DNA of 64,000 nucleotides, taken from Amoebophrya sp. A120. Taxonomy: Eukaryota > Protista > Dinoflagellata. The position numbers and the translations under genes were made by a program. This document shows positions 10,979 to 23,569 of the stretch, in pieces; positions within the stretch are counted from its first letter, which is position 1, and the number at the start of each line of letters is the position of its first letter. The notes beneath the pieces were generated by a model, which saw only the letters and a list, made by a program, of their open reading frames with translations, did not search any database and had not been told where the DNA came from. The stretch is taken from assembly GCA_905178155.1 (NCBI GenBank), contig CAJINV010000010.1:1308451-1372450 (forward strand), read 5' to 3'.

Positions 10979-13900
10979 ATGGCCACGACGCAGCAAGCCC
11001 GGCGTCTAGTCGCCGGCGACGGGCCGCAGATTGCTTCTTCCAAGCTTTTCCCGGATCCGAAAGAATTCAAATGCGGACAGAATGCGGAATACTTGAAGAA
11101 AAGATTACAGGTGTGGGAGAAGGTGAAGGCAAAACACGAGCAAGCGATCGCGAAAATCCCAAAGAAGGAGATCACGATCACACTGCCGGATGGCAAGCTG
11201 GTAAAGGGGACGAGCTTTGAAACCACGCCAGAATCGATTGCTGTTGGGATATCGAAGAAGCTGGCAGAAAAAATCGTCGTGGCTAAGGTACTGAGTGTTC
11301 GCGAGTAGAATCATGATCTTCACTTTGCTTTATGCAGAAGTGTGCCCGTGATGTGGTCTTCCTTTCAATCGGCGTCTACTACCGAAGAAAGCACGCGTTT
11401 TCATTTTCCGCATGACAAGCTAAATCACATTACAAAATCAGGTCTATTACTCCGAGACCATTGCGTCACTGTCTCAAGTAGTAAACGCCGATGAGGAGCC
11501 AGAGTCTGACGAGGATGGGTCAGATGACGAGGATATCCTGAGTAAAAACGTACCCACACCATAGTTGTCATGCAACTCTGCATGCTTAAAATGTTTCTCA
11601 TGCGGAGCCCCATGAGAAGCATTTTCTAATGCGGTTTTGAAATTTGTCATGCTCCAATCAGCACGAGATACTAGATCTGTAATGCTGCTAAACTAGCTTA
11701 AACAGCACTACACTACGCGGAGAAACTTGTCATGCCAAACAACCAAAGCTGGCTGATTTGTCTAGCAGATTCCCCATCTTGACTCTGGTGTGGGTACGTT
11801 TTTACTCAGGATAGAGGAAGACGCTAAGGACGAGAAATTTGTCCTCTGGGACATCTCGAGACCACTGGAAGGAAACTGTATTCTTGCAGCACTTCTTGTT
11901 TTTCAATTCTAACTCGCGTTGATCACTAAGCTCGGGGGCGTACTCCGCGTTGATCACTAAGCTCGGGGGCGTACTTATTTCCGGCAAGCTTTAATGCATT
12001 TCGCAAAGAAGCGAGCCGCCGGGCATTCAAGCCTGGGGCCTAATTTTTCTGTCCGACTTCCACGATCCTCAAGAGGCGACGGGGATAGTGGTTGTTTTCG
12101 TCGGGGGCTAAGGATTCTCTCCAGCTCTTAGGAAGTATCTTTTGAACGCCAAGCGTGAGGGTGGTAGCGCGAAGCGAACCCCAATTGAACTTCCCTTCAC
12201 TGCTAAAACGGGTGGTGTTGCGTCGTTCGAGATGCCTGGCTCTCAATGCAATCCAGAGCAGATGATTAGCCTTCAGAAAATTTAAGCGGTTATTAGTGCA
12301 GTTTCTGGCTCACCTAGGTAGCTCCTACAGTACCGAAGAAGCTTGTGCTGAATTGTTTTTCAATTCTGCACACCTTGGCTGCGTGACAGAGTTTTTTTTT
12401 GACGTGCATGCATTGCTTCTGGTTCTTTGCACTTCAACAAGCTGCTCTACTTTCTCGAGGCGCCTGTTTGCAGTGCTTTTCTGTAGTAGGTACAACCAGA
12501 TGAATTCATTTGTATTGCAAGACGACCATGAAGATCATGATCAACCGGCACGGAAATCATATCAGGCACCCTCCACCTCCTGACGTTCGACGATAAGCTT
12601 GCGTCCGACGTTTTCTGGCACAGCTCCGCTCACGTGCTGGGGCAGTCGATCGAAGTGGAGTTCGGAGCGCACTTAACCATCGGGCCCTCGTTGGAGAAAG
12701 GGTTCTACTACGACGGTTTTTTCGGAGACAAGAAAATTTCCACGACGGACGACCTGCCGAAATTAGAGAAGCGTTGCCAGGAAATCGTGAAGGAAAACCA
12801 GCCGTTTGAGCGGGTTACTCTGACCAAAGAAGACGCGCTCGAAATGTTCGCGGATAACCCCTTCAAAGTGCAGCTGATCACGAACAAAGTGCCGGACGGA
12901 TCCATGACCAGCTGCTACCGCTGCGGGCCATTAGTCGACTTGTGCCGCGGACCGCACCTGCCGTCCACGGGAAAATGCAAGTCCTTCTGGATCCACAAGA
13001 ACAGCGCAAGTTACTGGTATCATCTTTATATATCACGATGGTGTATGTTGTAGGTTTTTCTTGCAGCGAGTTTGAGACTTGCATGAAACTCAAGATGAAC
13101 ATGAAAGACGAATAAGTTGTTTTACCATCGTACCATCGGCTTCATCGTGTCACATAGGTGTGACGTCAATTATACCGATCTTTGTCAACAACAGTCCTCT
13201 GCGTCTGCGCCATGGCATGCGAGATGCCTATTTGCGTGGCACCGCACGCCTTTTCGCCACCGCACGCCCACGCCCACCCCTGCCGCCCCAGCTGCGCATA
13301 GCATGCTCGTCGCTCCGCTTTACGCCGCGCCGCGCTGTCTAAAACCAAAACCGCAACGCTGCGGTAGCAATATGTGCTTCCCAAAACGAACAAAATGCAA
13401 ACTCTAGGGAAGGAACTACAGCAACAAAACGAAAAGCATCATCTTGTTCCTCCCGATCATCCAAAACAAAAGTAGGCAAGAACCGCCCGAATGATCAAAC
13501 TAACGAACTACACAACTTCACCACAACAGGCTGGGTAAGGATAAGAACGATTCCCTCCAGCGCATCTACGGTGTCTCCTACCCCTCCGACAAGGAACTGA
13601 AACAGCACAAGACACAGCTCGAGGAAGCGGCTAAACGCGACCACCGGGAGATCGGGAAAAAGCAGGAGCTCTACTTCTTCTCCGACTTCTCCGCCGGCTC
13701 CTGCTTCTGGATGCCCCACGGCGCCAGGATTTACAACAAGTTGGTGGAATTCATGCGCCGGGAGTACGCGATTCGCGGGTTTCAGGAGGTGATCACGCCA
13801 AATCTGTACCACGAGTCTTTGTTTAAAGCGTCCTATGCATTGCAAAAGCATCGTACTAGTATAAATCGCAATACAAATTTTCTCAGAAGGAGAAATGGAG

Positions 13901-16381
13901 TTTGTAATGCTGATTTGGCTAAGAAACAAGATTTGTCATGCATGATTGCAATTAGTACTAGTGCGATACTTTTGCAGAGCATACGTCCGGACACTACTAC
14001 AAGTACAAAGACGACATGTACAACATGGACATTGTATCAAACAAAAAAGTGTTAACGTTAACGGTTTTCATAGATTGCAAATATGCATGACACATTTTGC
14101 CTAGCATGCGTGCTATGCATGACAAATTTGGGCGCGTTTTGTGATGCGTTACTGCATCACAAATTCCGTTGACGTTAACGCTTTTTCCTGTGATACCTTG
14201 AGGGGGAAAGATGGTTTCTGAAGCCCATGAACTGCCCAGGGCATTGCGTGGTTTTCGCGCACCGCGTGAGGAGTTACCGGGAGTTGCCGCTCCGGATGGC
14301 GTCCTTCGGAGTCTTGCACAGAAACGAGAACAGCGGGGCGTTGAGTGGTATACTTTTGTAGCCAGGGTTTTTTTTCTTTGACGCGAAGGAATGTGTAGTC
14401 AAATCAAAGTCGTGCACACTGTGCTGCGGTCCAGGAGGGGCTTGTTGAATGCTTGTATTGCGATGCTTTCTCTACTAAGTACGGGAGTACGAAATCCGTC
14501 TCAACATACAACTCGCACACCCAACCAATTACCAGGTCTGACCCGTGTCCGGCGGTTCCAGCAGGACGATGGCCATATCTTCTGCCGCATGGACCAGGTG
14601 AAATCCGAAATCAAAAACGCCTTGAAATTCGTGCAGTTCATCTACGAGACCATCGGTTTGGAGTACACCATGGTCCTTTCCACCCGCCCAAAGAAGGCAA
14701 TCGGCAGCAAGGAAGTGTGGGCCAACGCGGAGAAGCAATTAGCAGAGGCTTTGAACGAAAGCGGACTCCCGTGGGGGCTGAACAAGGGAGATGGGGCATT
14801 TTACGGACCGAAAATCGATTTCAAGGTATGTCGAGTTTTATTGGGATAGATTTTCAGATCCTTTTCGTTACATCACACAACATCTCGTAGTTGCTAAAGT
14901 TACAAGTTAGTATGCTTGTCGTTGTCACGCCGCATGTTGACACCAAAATCGGATTCTCATGATAGTGGCGTCAGGCTCACAAAGAAGATCAATCAATACT
15001 AGCGTCAAATATCATGCTTGTGTACATTCGATTGTGAACTCCCATTACCCCAGGTTAAAGACGCGATCGGGCGTCAGCACCAGTGTGCGACGATGCAATT
15101 GGATTTCCTTTTCCCGATGCGTTTCAACCTGCAGTTCCGCACGCAGGCGGACGAGCAGAAAGAAGCCGAGGCTGCCAAGGCCGAAGGAGAACAAGCACAG
15201 GCAGCAGGAGCTGCTCCGAAGGAAACCAAGGAGAACAAGAAAGACAAAAAAGCCGCTGCTGCTGCCGCTGAGCCGAAGGAACCGCGAGCGTCTGCTACGT
15301 CTGCAGATGGCGGTGCACCAGCGGCGGATGCTGGAAAATCTGCTGCCGACAAGGAGAAGGAAAAGGAACAGAGAATGGAAGCGGTTGGGTTGGAAGGTGT
15401 GCTGAAACCCGGTCACGAGCGGCCGGTCATGATCCACCGTGCCATTCTAGGATCCGTGGAGAGGTTCACAGGTACTGACGTGTAAGGGAGTCATGTAAGT
15501 TAAGATCTAGTGAGGTTTTTTCTTTGATGATGCAATAAACAATGTTGCGCTTCATCTACAACTGAATTGAAAGTGCAAGTGCTGTCTGCATGAAATCCAC
15601 ATCCAAATCAGGTATCCTGTGTGAGCACTACGGCGGCAAGTGGCCGTTCTTCATCTCCCCGAGACAGGTGATGATCGTCCCGACGCACGCTGGTTTGAAT
15701 AAGTACTGCGAGTACGTCGCCGAGCAGTACAAAAACTTCGGCATCTTCGCTGACGTCGACACCAGCAGCAAGACCATGAACAAGAAGGTCCGGGAAGCGC
15801 AGCTGGCCCAGTACAACTACGTTGCGATCTGCGGGGAGAAGGAACAGTCGGCGTTGGCGGTCAACTTGCGGGATCGCGACACGGGCAAGCCGCTCGGGGA
15901 GTTCTCGATTAAAGATTCCGTGGAGATGTTCGTCGCGAAATCCAACCCGAACAGCAAACCTGCGAACCAATTTGACGAATTTGAGGGCCAGAAGCCGGAG
16001 CCAATCGGCGCCGGGAAAAATGGTGCGTCTTCAAGCAGCTCCGCAGCTTCTTCTGCATCAAAACCAGAAAAGTTATCCGCGGAAACAGCAGGTGCGTCGA
16101 GCAAAAACGACTCTACTACTTCGAAGGAGACCACTGCAGCTGCTGGAGGTGCGAAGAACAAGAAGCAGGAACATCAGAATAATGGTGAGAACAACAAGAA
16201 CGGGGCAATAAAGAAGGATTGGGAGTCGCACTTCGCACAGTTTCCGTACGCTGGCGGATTTGAGATGTCCGCGACAGACAAGAAATTGTTCGAGGAGTGT
16301 AAGGGCGGCATGCCGAGTTCGGAGAATTTTCAGCGGTGGTTCCAACACGTAGGAAGCTTGGTAAGAAGTGGGATTGTGTAG
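10979..16381 (+). CDS. TARS: Threonyl-tRNA synthetase, copy 2 (tandem paralog)
   Basis: Same motifs as copy 1, with KPMNCPGHC intact. GT-AG introns at the same codon positions: 11288-11441, 11878-12565, 13017-13529, 14348-14535, 14826-15053, 15472-15611. Three introners. Confidence 0.95.
11534..11813. mobile_element. Introner family C (280 bp)
   Basis: TSD GAGGA; near-perfect TIR TATCCTGAGTAAAAACGTACCCACACC. Confidence 0.9.
11911..12352 (-). mobile_element. Probable 5'-truncated non-LTR retroelement fragment inside a GT-AG intron
   Basis: Exact 15-bp direct repeat TTGTTTTTCAATTCT at 11896-11910 and 12353-12367; ~31-bp tandem repeat at the left end; the equivalent intron in copy 1 is only 176 bp. 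Confidence 0.55.
13834..13983. mobile_element. Introner family B (150 bp)
   Basis: TSD CGTCC inside FKASGH. Confidence 0.9.
14035..14195. mobile_element. Introner, singleton (161 bp)
   Basis: TSD CATTG/CCTTG; TIR with GTTAACGTTAACGG / CCGTTGACGTTAAC. Confidence 0.85.
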
Positions 16382-17089
16382 CTGATGTGGAGAACCGTTG
16401 TCAACAAATGGAGTTGTAGATCTTTGGAGGAGGAACAGTAGTGTAATGCAGCTCTTCTTGTCACACAGAAGTTGAAAATCAAAAAGAACGCTACCTTTAT
16501 CGATGAATAAAGCGCTCGCTTACTCTTATTTCACCAGTCTCTAATTATAGAGGAATATCGCTTACTCACGCTCATATTTCTGATTGTATCTATTGCTTTC
16601 TGCTGGTTCTGGTAGCGAGACGCAAGTCGCAGGATCACGTGTGATTTTTGCGGAAGTAGAGCCTTTCTGGTCACGTTAACACAATAAGCGGTGAAGTGAA
16701 AGAGACGACGCAAACTTTGAATGACTTTGAATCGATATCAGCGACAATGCCACTTCATGTTTCACTTCAAACTGAGGAGAAAGTAGGCTGCGTCATTCAA
16801 AGAGAACGAGAGCCTTTTGGTAGCACAAACGATGATCAGACTTTACGTCGAGACGCGCGGCCAATCTTAAGAAAAAAGATGATAAAAAAGTAGAATGAAA
16901 TTAAAGCGTAAGTGCGAGAGCTTCACCTTCATGCTCGAAGACGAGCTGCGCGAAGAGACTATTGCTGACACTGATCATGGAGTGTGTTCCCCTGGTCTAC
17001 TACATTGGATTTTGCTTTTGTTGTGTCTGTCTTTGTTCTGGAAACAGCAGCAAAACTCTGCGCATCACCAAGCCTACCAGTCCGTAGGC

Positions 17090-18420
17090 GCCAAGGGAGG
17101 AGCTAGCTGCGGGATAGGCTGCGGGCCAGCGCGCTAAGCGGCCGAAAGTTCGGCGGGGTTCTGGGTGGGCGCCTTTCGTGTAGCAAAATAAACGGGGGGG
17201 GCGGCGGTCGCGCAGGCCGGGCAGTGCGTGCGTCGTGGCGCTGGTGTGGCGCCTCGACCCCCGGGGGCTGGTTCGCGCGATCACCGGGAGACGCACGCGC
17301 CCGCCTGCGCTTGTTATTGTTGCCCCGCCGGCGGCGTTGTGCCATGGACCCGGGCGGGCGGGCAGGCGGCAGCCTGGAAAGAGGGCCCGAGCCCTTTGCC
17401 AGAGCCCGAGCCAGGCCATGTGGGCCACGTATGCACCGGGCGCCACGGTAAAGGCGCGCCATGGATGACCCAAGGCCGGACGGGGCCCAAACACTGCCCC
17501 ACCCCCCGCCCTCAGGGCATCCCTGGGCGCACCGGCCTCCGCGCCGAGCCTGGCTGGTGGCGGACGCCGCCGGGCCGCCCTTCTTTGCCAAAGTGCAGGC
17601 CCTGGCTCGTTGTGCAGCGGCGGCGCCGCGTGCGCCCGCGCTAGGCTGCGCCCGCCCCGGGGAGAATCGCCCGAAGGGCCTTCGCGCGGGGCCGGGGGGA
17701 GCATGGCGCGGGCGGCGGGCGAATGGGCGGGGGGCCCGTGGAAGGATGCCTCTTGCGTCCAGCCCCTTCGTCGATGAGGCTCGCCCCGCCGGGAAGCCGT
17801 CGGCCCGCGCAGTGCCCCGCCCCAATACATAGCTAGATGCTCACTGGCGGGGCCGGGCCGCCCCGCGCCTTGCAGGCCGGCGCGGCCGCCGCTTGGCCCC
17901 CCTGCCGACAGGCCGAAGGCCCGCCCGGGCCGCGGTCGCCCAATCGCTTCCCGCCGCCGCCGCGGGGCGGTGGCTTTCGTGGTGTCTTCGGTCGGATGGG
18001 CCGGGCCGGCACCGCGGCCGTAGCGCTGCCGGGGCGCCCGCGTCGCTGCCCAGGTGCCCAGGATCTCCCTTGCCTCGCCCCTGCCCCGGGCCGGCTTGGG
18101 GGCTGGCAGGCAGAGGAGGGAGACTGACCCACCCGGCCGGGTTCCTCGGTTTGATTGGTGGGTGGGCCAGTGCCTATTGTTCTATTTGGCGCGTCGCGAA
18201 GCGCGTGTGGCTGGTGCCATCCGTGTGCGTTGTTAGTTGCAGCGGCCCTACTCGCGTTGACGCTCGCAATGGGTAGCCCCTTGCCGCCGGGCAGGCTCTT
18301 GCAATATTATATTTAGAGAAGGAACTCCAACTCGCCTGCCAGGATGGCCTCGGTGGTCGATGGTAGGTGGCGGCCGCGTAGTGGCTCATTGGGCGACCCG
18401 CCCGAGGTGTTCACCCCGTC
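17090..18420. other. GC-rich non-coding intergenic island
   Basis: GC content jump; no recognisable protein; boundaries approximate. Confidence 0.55.
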
Positions 18421-19632
18421 CGTGATACCGAACCTCGATGCCCGTTCTGTTTGCGAAGCTTTCTTTGTAGTTTTGTTTCGCAATTCTTTCTCTTGGTTTT
18501 GGCGTTGCGTCATCCATGGTTTTGTATCTGTGGAATGCCCGACCTCGACATGGTCTTCCCCGGGATCTCTAAATCGGCGCTATGGCGTATTAATTTTAGC
18601 CGGCAAATGATAGCCAGGCCCCGCGATTTCAATTGTATAGCAAGAACTGTCCTCGCACTAAGGACACGCAGCTCCTTGTGTTGTAGATTGAGAGATGAAA
18701 GCGGCACTTAAAAAACTCAAATTCTTCTTCTGGCAAATAGAGCGTTCTTGCGTACTAACAAAGATTACCTATCCCAAAGGTGAAGATGAAGGTCGAGTTG
18801 ATGTGCTACAGCGACGGCTATCCTTGAAAGTAGAAAATCGGAGCAAATCGAACTCTCCAGCGACTTCCAGCGTGAGGTTGAGAACTCAGTAAGTGAGAAG
18901 TTTGTCATAGAGCACATTTTGATCCATATCCAGCTCTCAGGCCAAGTTGCTGGATTGTTGCGTAACTACACCTAAACTTCTATTGGACGACGAGTCTCCT
19001 TATGTCTCTGGACGATTGATGCGAGCGTGACGAGTGAAGAGACCACAACACACAAGATGGCCAATTTTTTCAGATGACAGTGGTGCCCGAGCAGGAGTCT
19101 GCGTCCGAGACCCGAAAAAAAGTGCTTTGCAGCTAGTAGCACTGGTCCTCGTGGTGCCAGAAGTACCAAGAGTAATTATAACACGCTGACCTACAATAAC
19201 CTCGAAGAACATCAAGCAGTAGACAACTCGAGAAGGACTACCACACTTTCTCGCACTTGACGACGAGGAAAGCAAACGCAACCGCAACCGGCACAGATTC
19301 ACACTCAGGGCTGTCCCAATAAAACAAACTACAAACCACGCACTTGTTGCGTCGAGCGGACGAGTTCGCGGCAGACAGAGGCTCGTTTGCGTTTCCTGCT
19401 CTGTCTCAACTACATCTCCTGGTCCTCCCGAACCGTCGTTACTGACACAGCAAACGACCCTTGCTTGTTTTGTCACGACGACATTGGGATCTTGTCTTCA
19501 ATACGGCGGATTCAAAAGAGCACCTCCTCCTTCCCGACAACACAACAAAAGCGTTAGCTTCACATTGTCAGTAGAACACCAGACCCAGCAGAGGGACAAG
19601 CACCCAGGAGTAACAAAAACCAGCCCTCCCAA

Positions 19633-22600
19633 ATGGACGCTGCCACCACGACCCTCACCCCCGATCAGGAGGAGCAGCTCACCCTGTTCCGGGAGGTGAC
19701 GGCGAACGAGGACCGACAGCGATGTATCCAGTACCTGGAGATGAGCAACTGGAATGTGGAACAGGCCATCAACTTGTCCATGACCGGCGCATTAGACAAC
19801 ACACCAGCAACAGGCTCCGACCACGCGGCCGCCATGAACTTCATAACCGGCGACCACGAACCGGCAATAGGACCACAACAGCAGACCAGGCCGAGTGGGG
19901 GGGTAGAGCAGAGCTTCTTTTTGTTGAGGATGATAGATGCATGATTACTTGTCTTCTAGTTGGAGATCGTTGGATGGGACATACTACCTGTCTTGCGCGA
20001 TCAACATCGGGTCGTGCAGCTGTTCTATAACCCGCCGTGCGGTGCTTCAAAGTAAGTAAATGTAAATCGACACTACAAGAGACAACAATACAATATGCTC
20101 AGTACAAAGAAACAACTCAAACCAGGACCCCGACGCATCCCTCGCCCAAAAAGTGGTCGAGAAGGTCGGCAACGTATCCTGTGCAAAAGTATCGTACTCG
20201 TATTGCAATCATGCATTACAAACTTTTTTCTCAAGGGAAAACAGCATTACAAATTTTATTTCTCATGCTGAGGGAATTTGTCATGCATTTATACGAATAC
20301 GATACTTTTGCAGTTCATACAACGCCGCCAGCAAGGTACTCAACGGCATCGGCGGGTTTCTGCACTCCATGTTGATCCCGGACGAAGTATGAACTGCAAA
20401 AATGTCTGGGTCTGGAACATTCTAAACTTGTGATGCTGTCTCTGGATTCTGAAAAAATTTGTATTGCATGACCAGCAAGAGGGCTCCAGTTTGTGCTACG
20501 CAGAGCGGTCATTTTTCATGCTGTAGAGGCATCACAAAGCGCTCTAAAAATCTGTGATGCTACGGCATGCATCACAGACATCATGAGCCATGGAAAATAT
20601 GCATGACAAATCTAGAAATCTTCCAGGCCCAGACACTTTTGCATTTGATACGATGACGGGTATAACAACAACACCTCCGGCGGAAGTAGTTCCAGCAGCA
20701 GCAGTGGTAGAGCGAACCGGAACAGTTTCAAAGCGTACTACGTATCAAATGCAAATGTGTCTGGGCCTGGCAGATTGTTTGTCATGCTTGTCTGGCATGA
20801 CTGAACAGTTTGTGATGCGTGTCAAAGAAGAGACCCGCCTTGTACAACTTGTCATGCAACAACGCAGTTTGTGTTTGTCATGCGGAAAGCGCAACACTAA
20901 GCAGCGCAGATATTTCTCATGCTTGGCTGTGCATTACAGAGCATCCACTATTCCCAACCCAGCATTACAAGTTTCCAGAACCAGACATATTTGCAATGCA
21001 TACTACGAGCGACAATACAAGACGGACGCTTCGACCGCCTGCCCGGACTTTTTCGACGGAACGTTTCAGCAGGCAATAACGAAAGCGAAGGACAACATGA
21101 AACTCCTTATGGTCTACTTCCACTGCGAAACCGCAAGTTTGACCGACGACTTTTGCAAAAACTGTCTCAACAACGACATCGTGACAGTGATGTTGAGTGA
21201 CACGTGCGTCAGCTTCGGGGCCGACATAAACGACCGGACCAGTTACGACTTGGCAAGGCAGTTTCAGGTATTTGTTTTGTTCTTGTGGACGCGGACGTCG
21301 TCGTGTTTGGCTGCATGACAAAAATGCCAGAATTGACGACCGCCTGCAAAACGAGTCGTGATACATCATGAACGTGAAGGAAAGTAAACAGATTTTTACA
21401 AGCTACACGACTCATGTGCACCATGAATCACACAAACAAACTTCATGACTTTTCAGGTTCAACGCTACCCGTACCTGGCGCTGGTGCTTCCCGTCTCCGC
21501 AACGGACTACAGGATACTTCACAAAGTCGACGGGCAGGTATGAAAATGAAGTTATTTGTGACGTTGCATGACAAAGTGAAGACACAGAAGTGGCGACGAT
21601 AGATTTGCCATGCTATGCTGAAAGAAGAAGTAGATGCAGTGCTGCTCATACGACTTTGATTATTTTGTGATGCAAATCATGTATCCAAACAGCAAGCCGG
21701 ATCAGTTGACGGCCTCGTCGCGCTTTTGACCCAAGCCGCCGACGACCTGGAGCAAAATCGTATCAAGTGTAAAAGTGTCTAGGTCTGGAAGAATGCATGC
21801 TTGTCTGGCATGCTTGTCTGGCATGACTCGAGAATCTGTGTTGCATAGGCACGAAAAAACCCTCTGGCCTGTCATGCAAAAGCGCAGTTTGCCATGCGGA
21901 ATACGTAAGACATGGCAGCCAAAAAAATTGTCATGCATGTTATCATGTCGTACTGCAGTGCGTCTATCATTATTTTTAGCATATACAATTTTCCAGGCCC
22001 AGACATATTAGCAATCCATAAACCGGGCCCAGCTAGTAACGCAAGCGAACCAAGTTCAGCACGACAGGCTTCTGCGCGCCGAGCAAGACAGGGAGTATGA
22101 AGAGGCTTTGGCGAAGGTACAGTGTGGCTGGTTTGTCATGCAGACTGTCAATGCATATACAACAGCGTTGTCCTCCTGCTCCTCACGAGTGCGCAACACA
22201 AGTTTTTTTCTGAAAAGAATCTTCCTTGATAAATTTCATATCACCTCCTCCACAGGACCGCGAAGCCGAGGCCGCACGGCAGCGGGAGGAGGAGGCCCGA
22301 CAGAAGGCGCTGGAAGAGGAAAAACAGGCCCAGCTCGCCAGGGAGCAAGCGGCGAAAGACATCGAGGCGAAAAGGAGAAAACTGGCGACCGAACTTGTCA
22401 CTGTGGACCCAAGCACGACGGAAGCCAAGACGAAGATACAAGTGAAATTCCCGACGGGGCAGAGGGTATCTTTACTTTACTAAAACTAGGAATGAATTTG
22501 TTTCTATTTTCACCACTTGGGTCAACGTCGTCATGCGGTACCAGCATGCTAGGCGAAGTGGAAAGAAATCAGGCTTTGTCTGTTGCAACATGACAAATTG

Positions 22601-22916
22601 CATTCCGTTGTTTTCGTTGCATGACAAACTTCTGAAACTCGGTAGCAATGTCTGATGCATCATCCACAATGCAAATTGCTATCAGGTCAACCGTACGTTC
22701 CTCCAGTCCCACACACTGAAGGACCTCTTCAACTGGGTCGAGGCGGCAGAGTACGCCGAAACGGGGACAAGTATCAAAGTCCCGAGCAAGTTCTCCCTCA
22801 ATACGTCCTTCCCCACGAAGTTGCTTCAGCGCAGCGACGAAAGCCTGAAGGACGCCGGGCTGGTGCCCAACGCGCAGGTTTTGCTACAGGATCTGTCCAG
22901 CGACGACGAAGAGTAA
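19633..22916 (+). CDS. UBX-domain p97/Cdc48 adaptor, FAF1/FAF2-like (UBA-UAS-coiled coil-UBX)
   Basis: UBA-like N-terminus (LEMSNWNVEQAI), UAS domain (PDFFDGTFQQA...KLLMVYFH), LRAEQDREYEEAL, UBX domain (IQVKFPTGQRVNRTF...TSFPT...SLKDAGL). GT-AG introns: 19903-20125, 21268-21456, 21538-21692, 22117-22255, 22466-22685. Four introners. Confidence 0.88.
20175..20319. mobile_element. Introner family B, reverse orientation (145 bp)
   Basis: TSD CAACG; TATCCTGTGCAAAAGTATCG...TTTTGCAGTTCATA. Confidence 0.9.
20388..20650. mobile_element. Introner family A (263 bp)
   Basis: TSD CGAAG/CGATG; family A TIR core. Confidence 0.88.
20743..21002. mobile_element. Introner family A2 (260 bp)
   Basis: TSD CTACG; sister of 9360. 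Confidence 0.9.
21761..22020. mobile_element. Introner family A2 (260 bp)
   Basis: TSD AATCG/AACCG; TATCAAGTGT...GCAATCCATA. Confidence 0.85.
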
Positions 22917-23569
22917 CAAGTTCTTGAGCGGGGAGGAGGAGGTGGTGTTCATAATCGCGGCAAACTACCCGGCGGCTGGGATAGAGCGCACGGTGGTGAT
23001 GGTGCTCCTGTGGGATCATGTTGAGTAGAGGAGCCCCCGGGGGTCATTTTCCGTGGTAGAAGTGCTACGCCTACTGAAAGCCGAGGCTAGTGGAAGGGGG
23101 CTGTTTATTGCTCCATCTTGCGGTAGGGGAGAGTCCCTGATCGTTTTTTGTGACAAGGAGCTGAAGAAGTAGAATGATGAGTGATCGAGAAGGGACTGGT
23201 GGATCGATGATTAGCGATCAACGCGACTGATCATGAAAACTCTACCTAGTGGCATCGTGCTCAGCAGGCGAAGAATAGTCAGTGCAAGCTTCTACGATAG
23301 TCGTGAATGTTGGTAGAACTGCGATTGCGGCTTGATGCTGTGTGTAGGAGCTCGAATCAACCACGACGGTCCGGACGCTACATTGAATCACTTCTACAGC
23401 CACTCAAAGGCGATAGTTTTTTCGTTGTGCTACACGTACAAGGGAGAGCTAAAGCAACAAGAACACGCTGTAGAAACGCAAATCGCTATGGCTGACTTGG
23501 AAGCCTGTGCCATCGAAGCCGTTGCTGTGGTCGTCTGATGTTCTGCCACTTACCTTGCTGGCGCTTTAC

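Noticed and set aside
3898-16381. ThrRS copies as fragmented pseudogenes or uncollapsed alleles
   Set aside because: Frames are restored exactly after intron and introner removal; the introns are unalignable by eye and the linkers diverged, which fits true paralogs.
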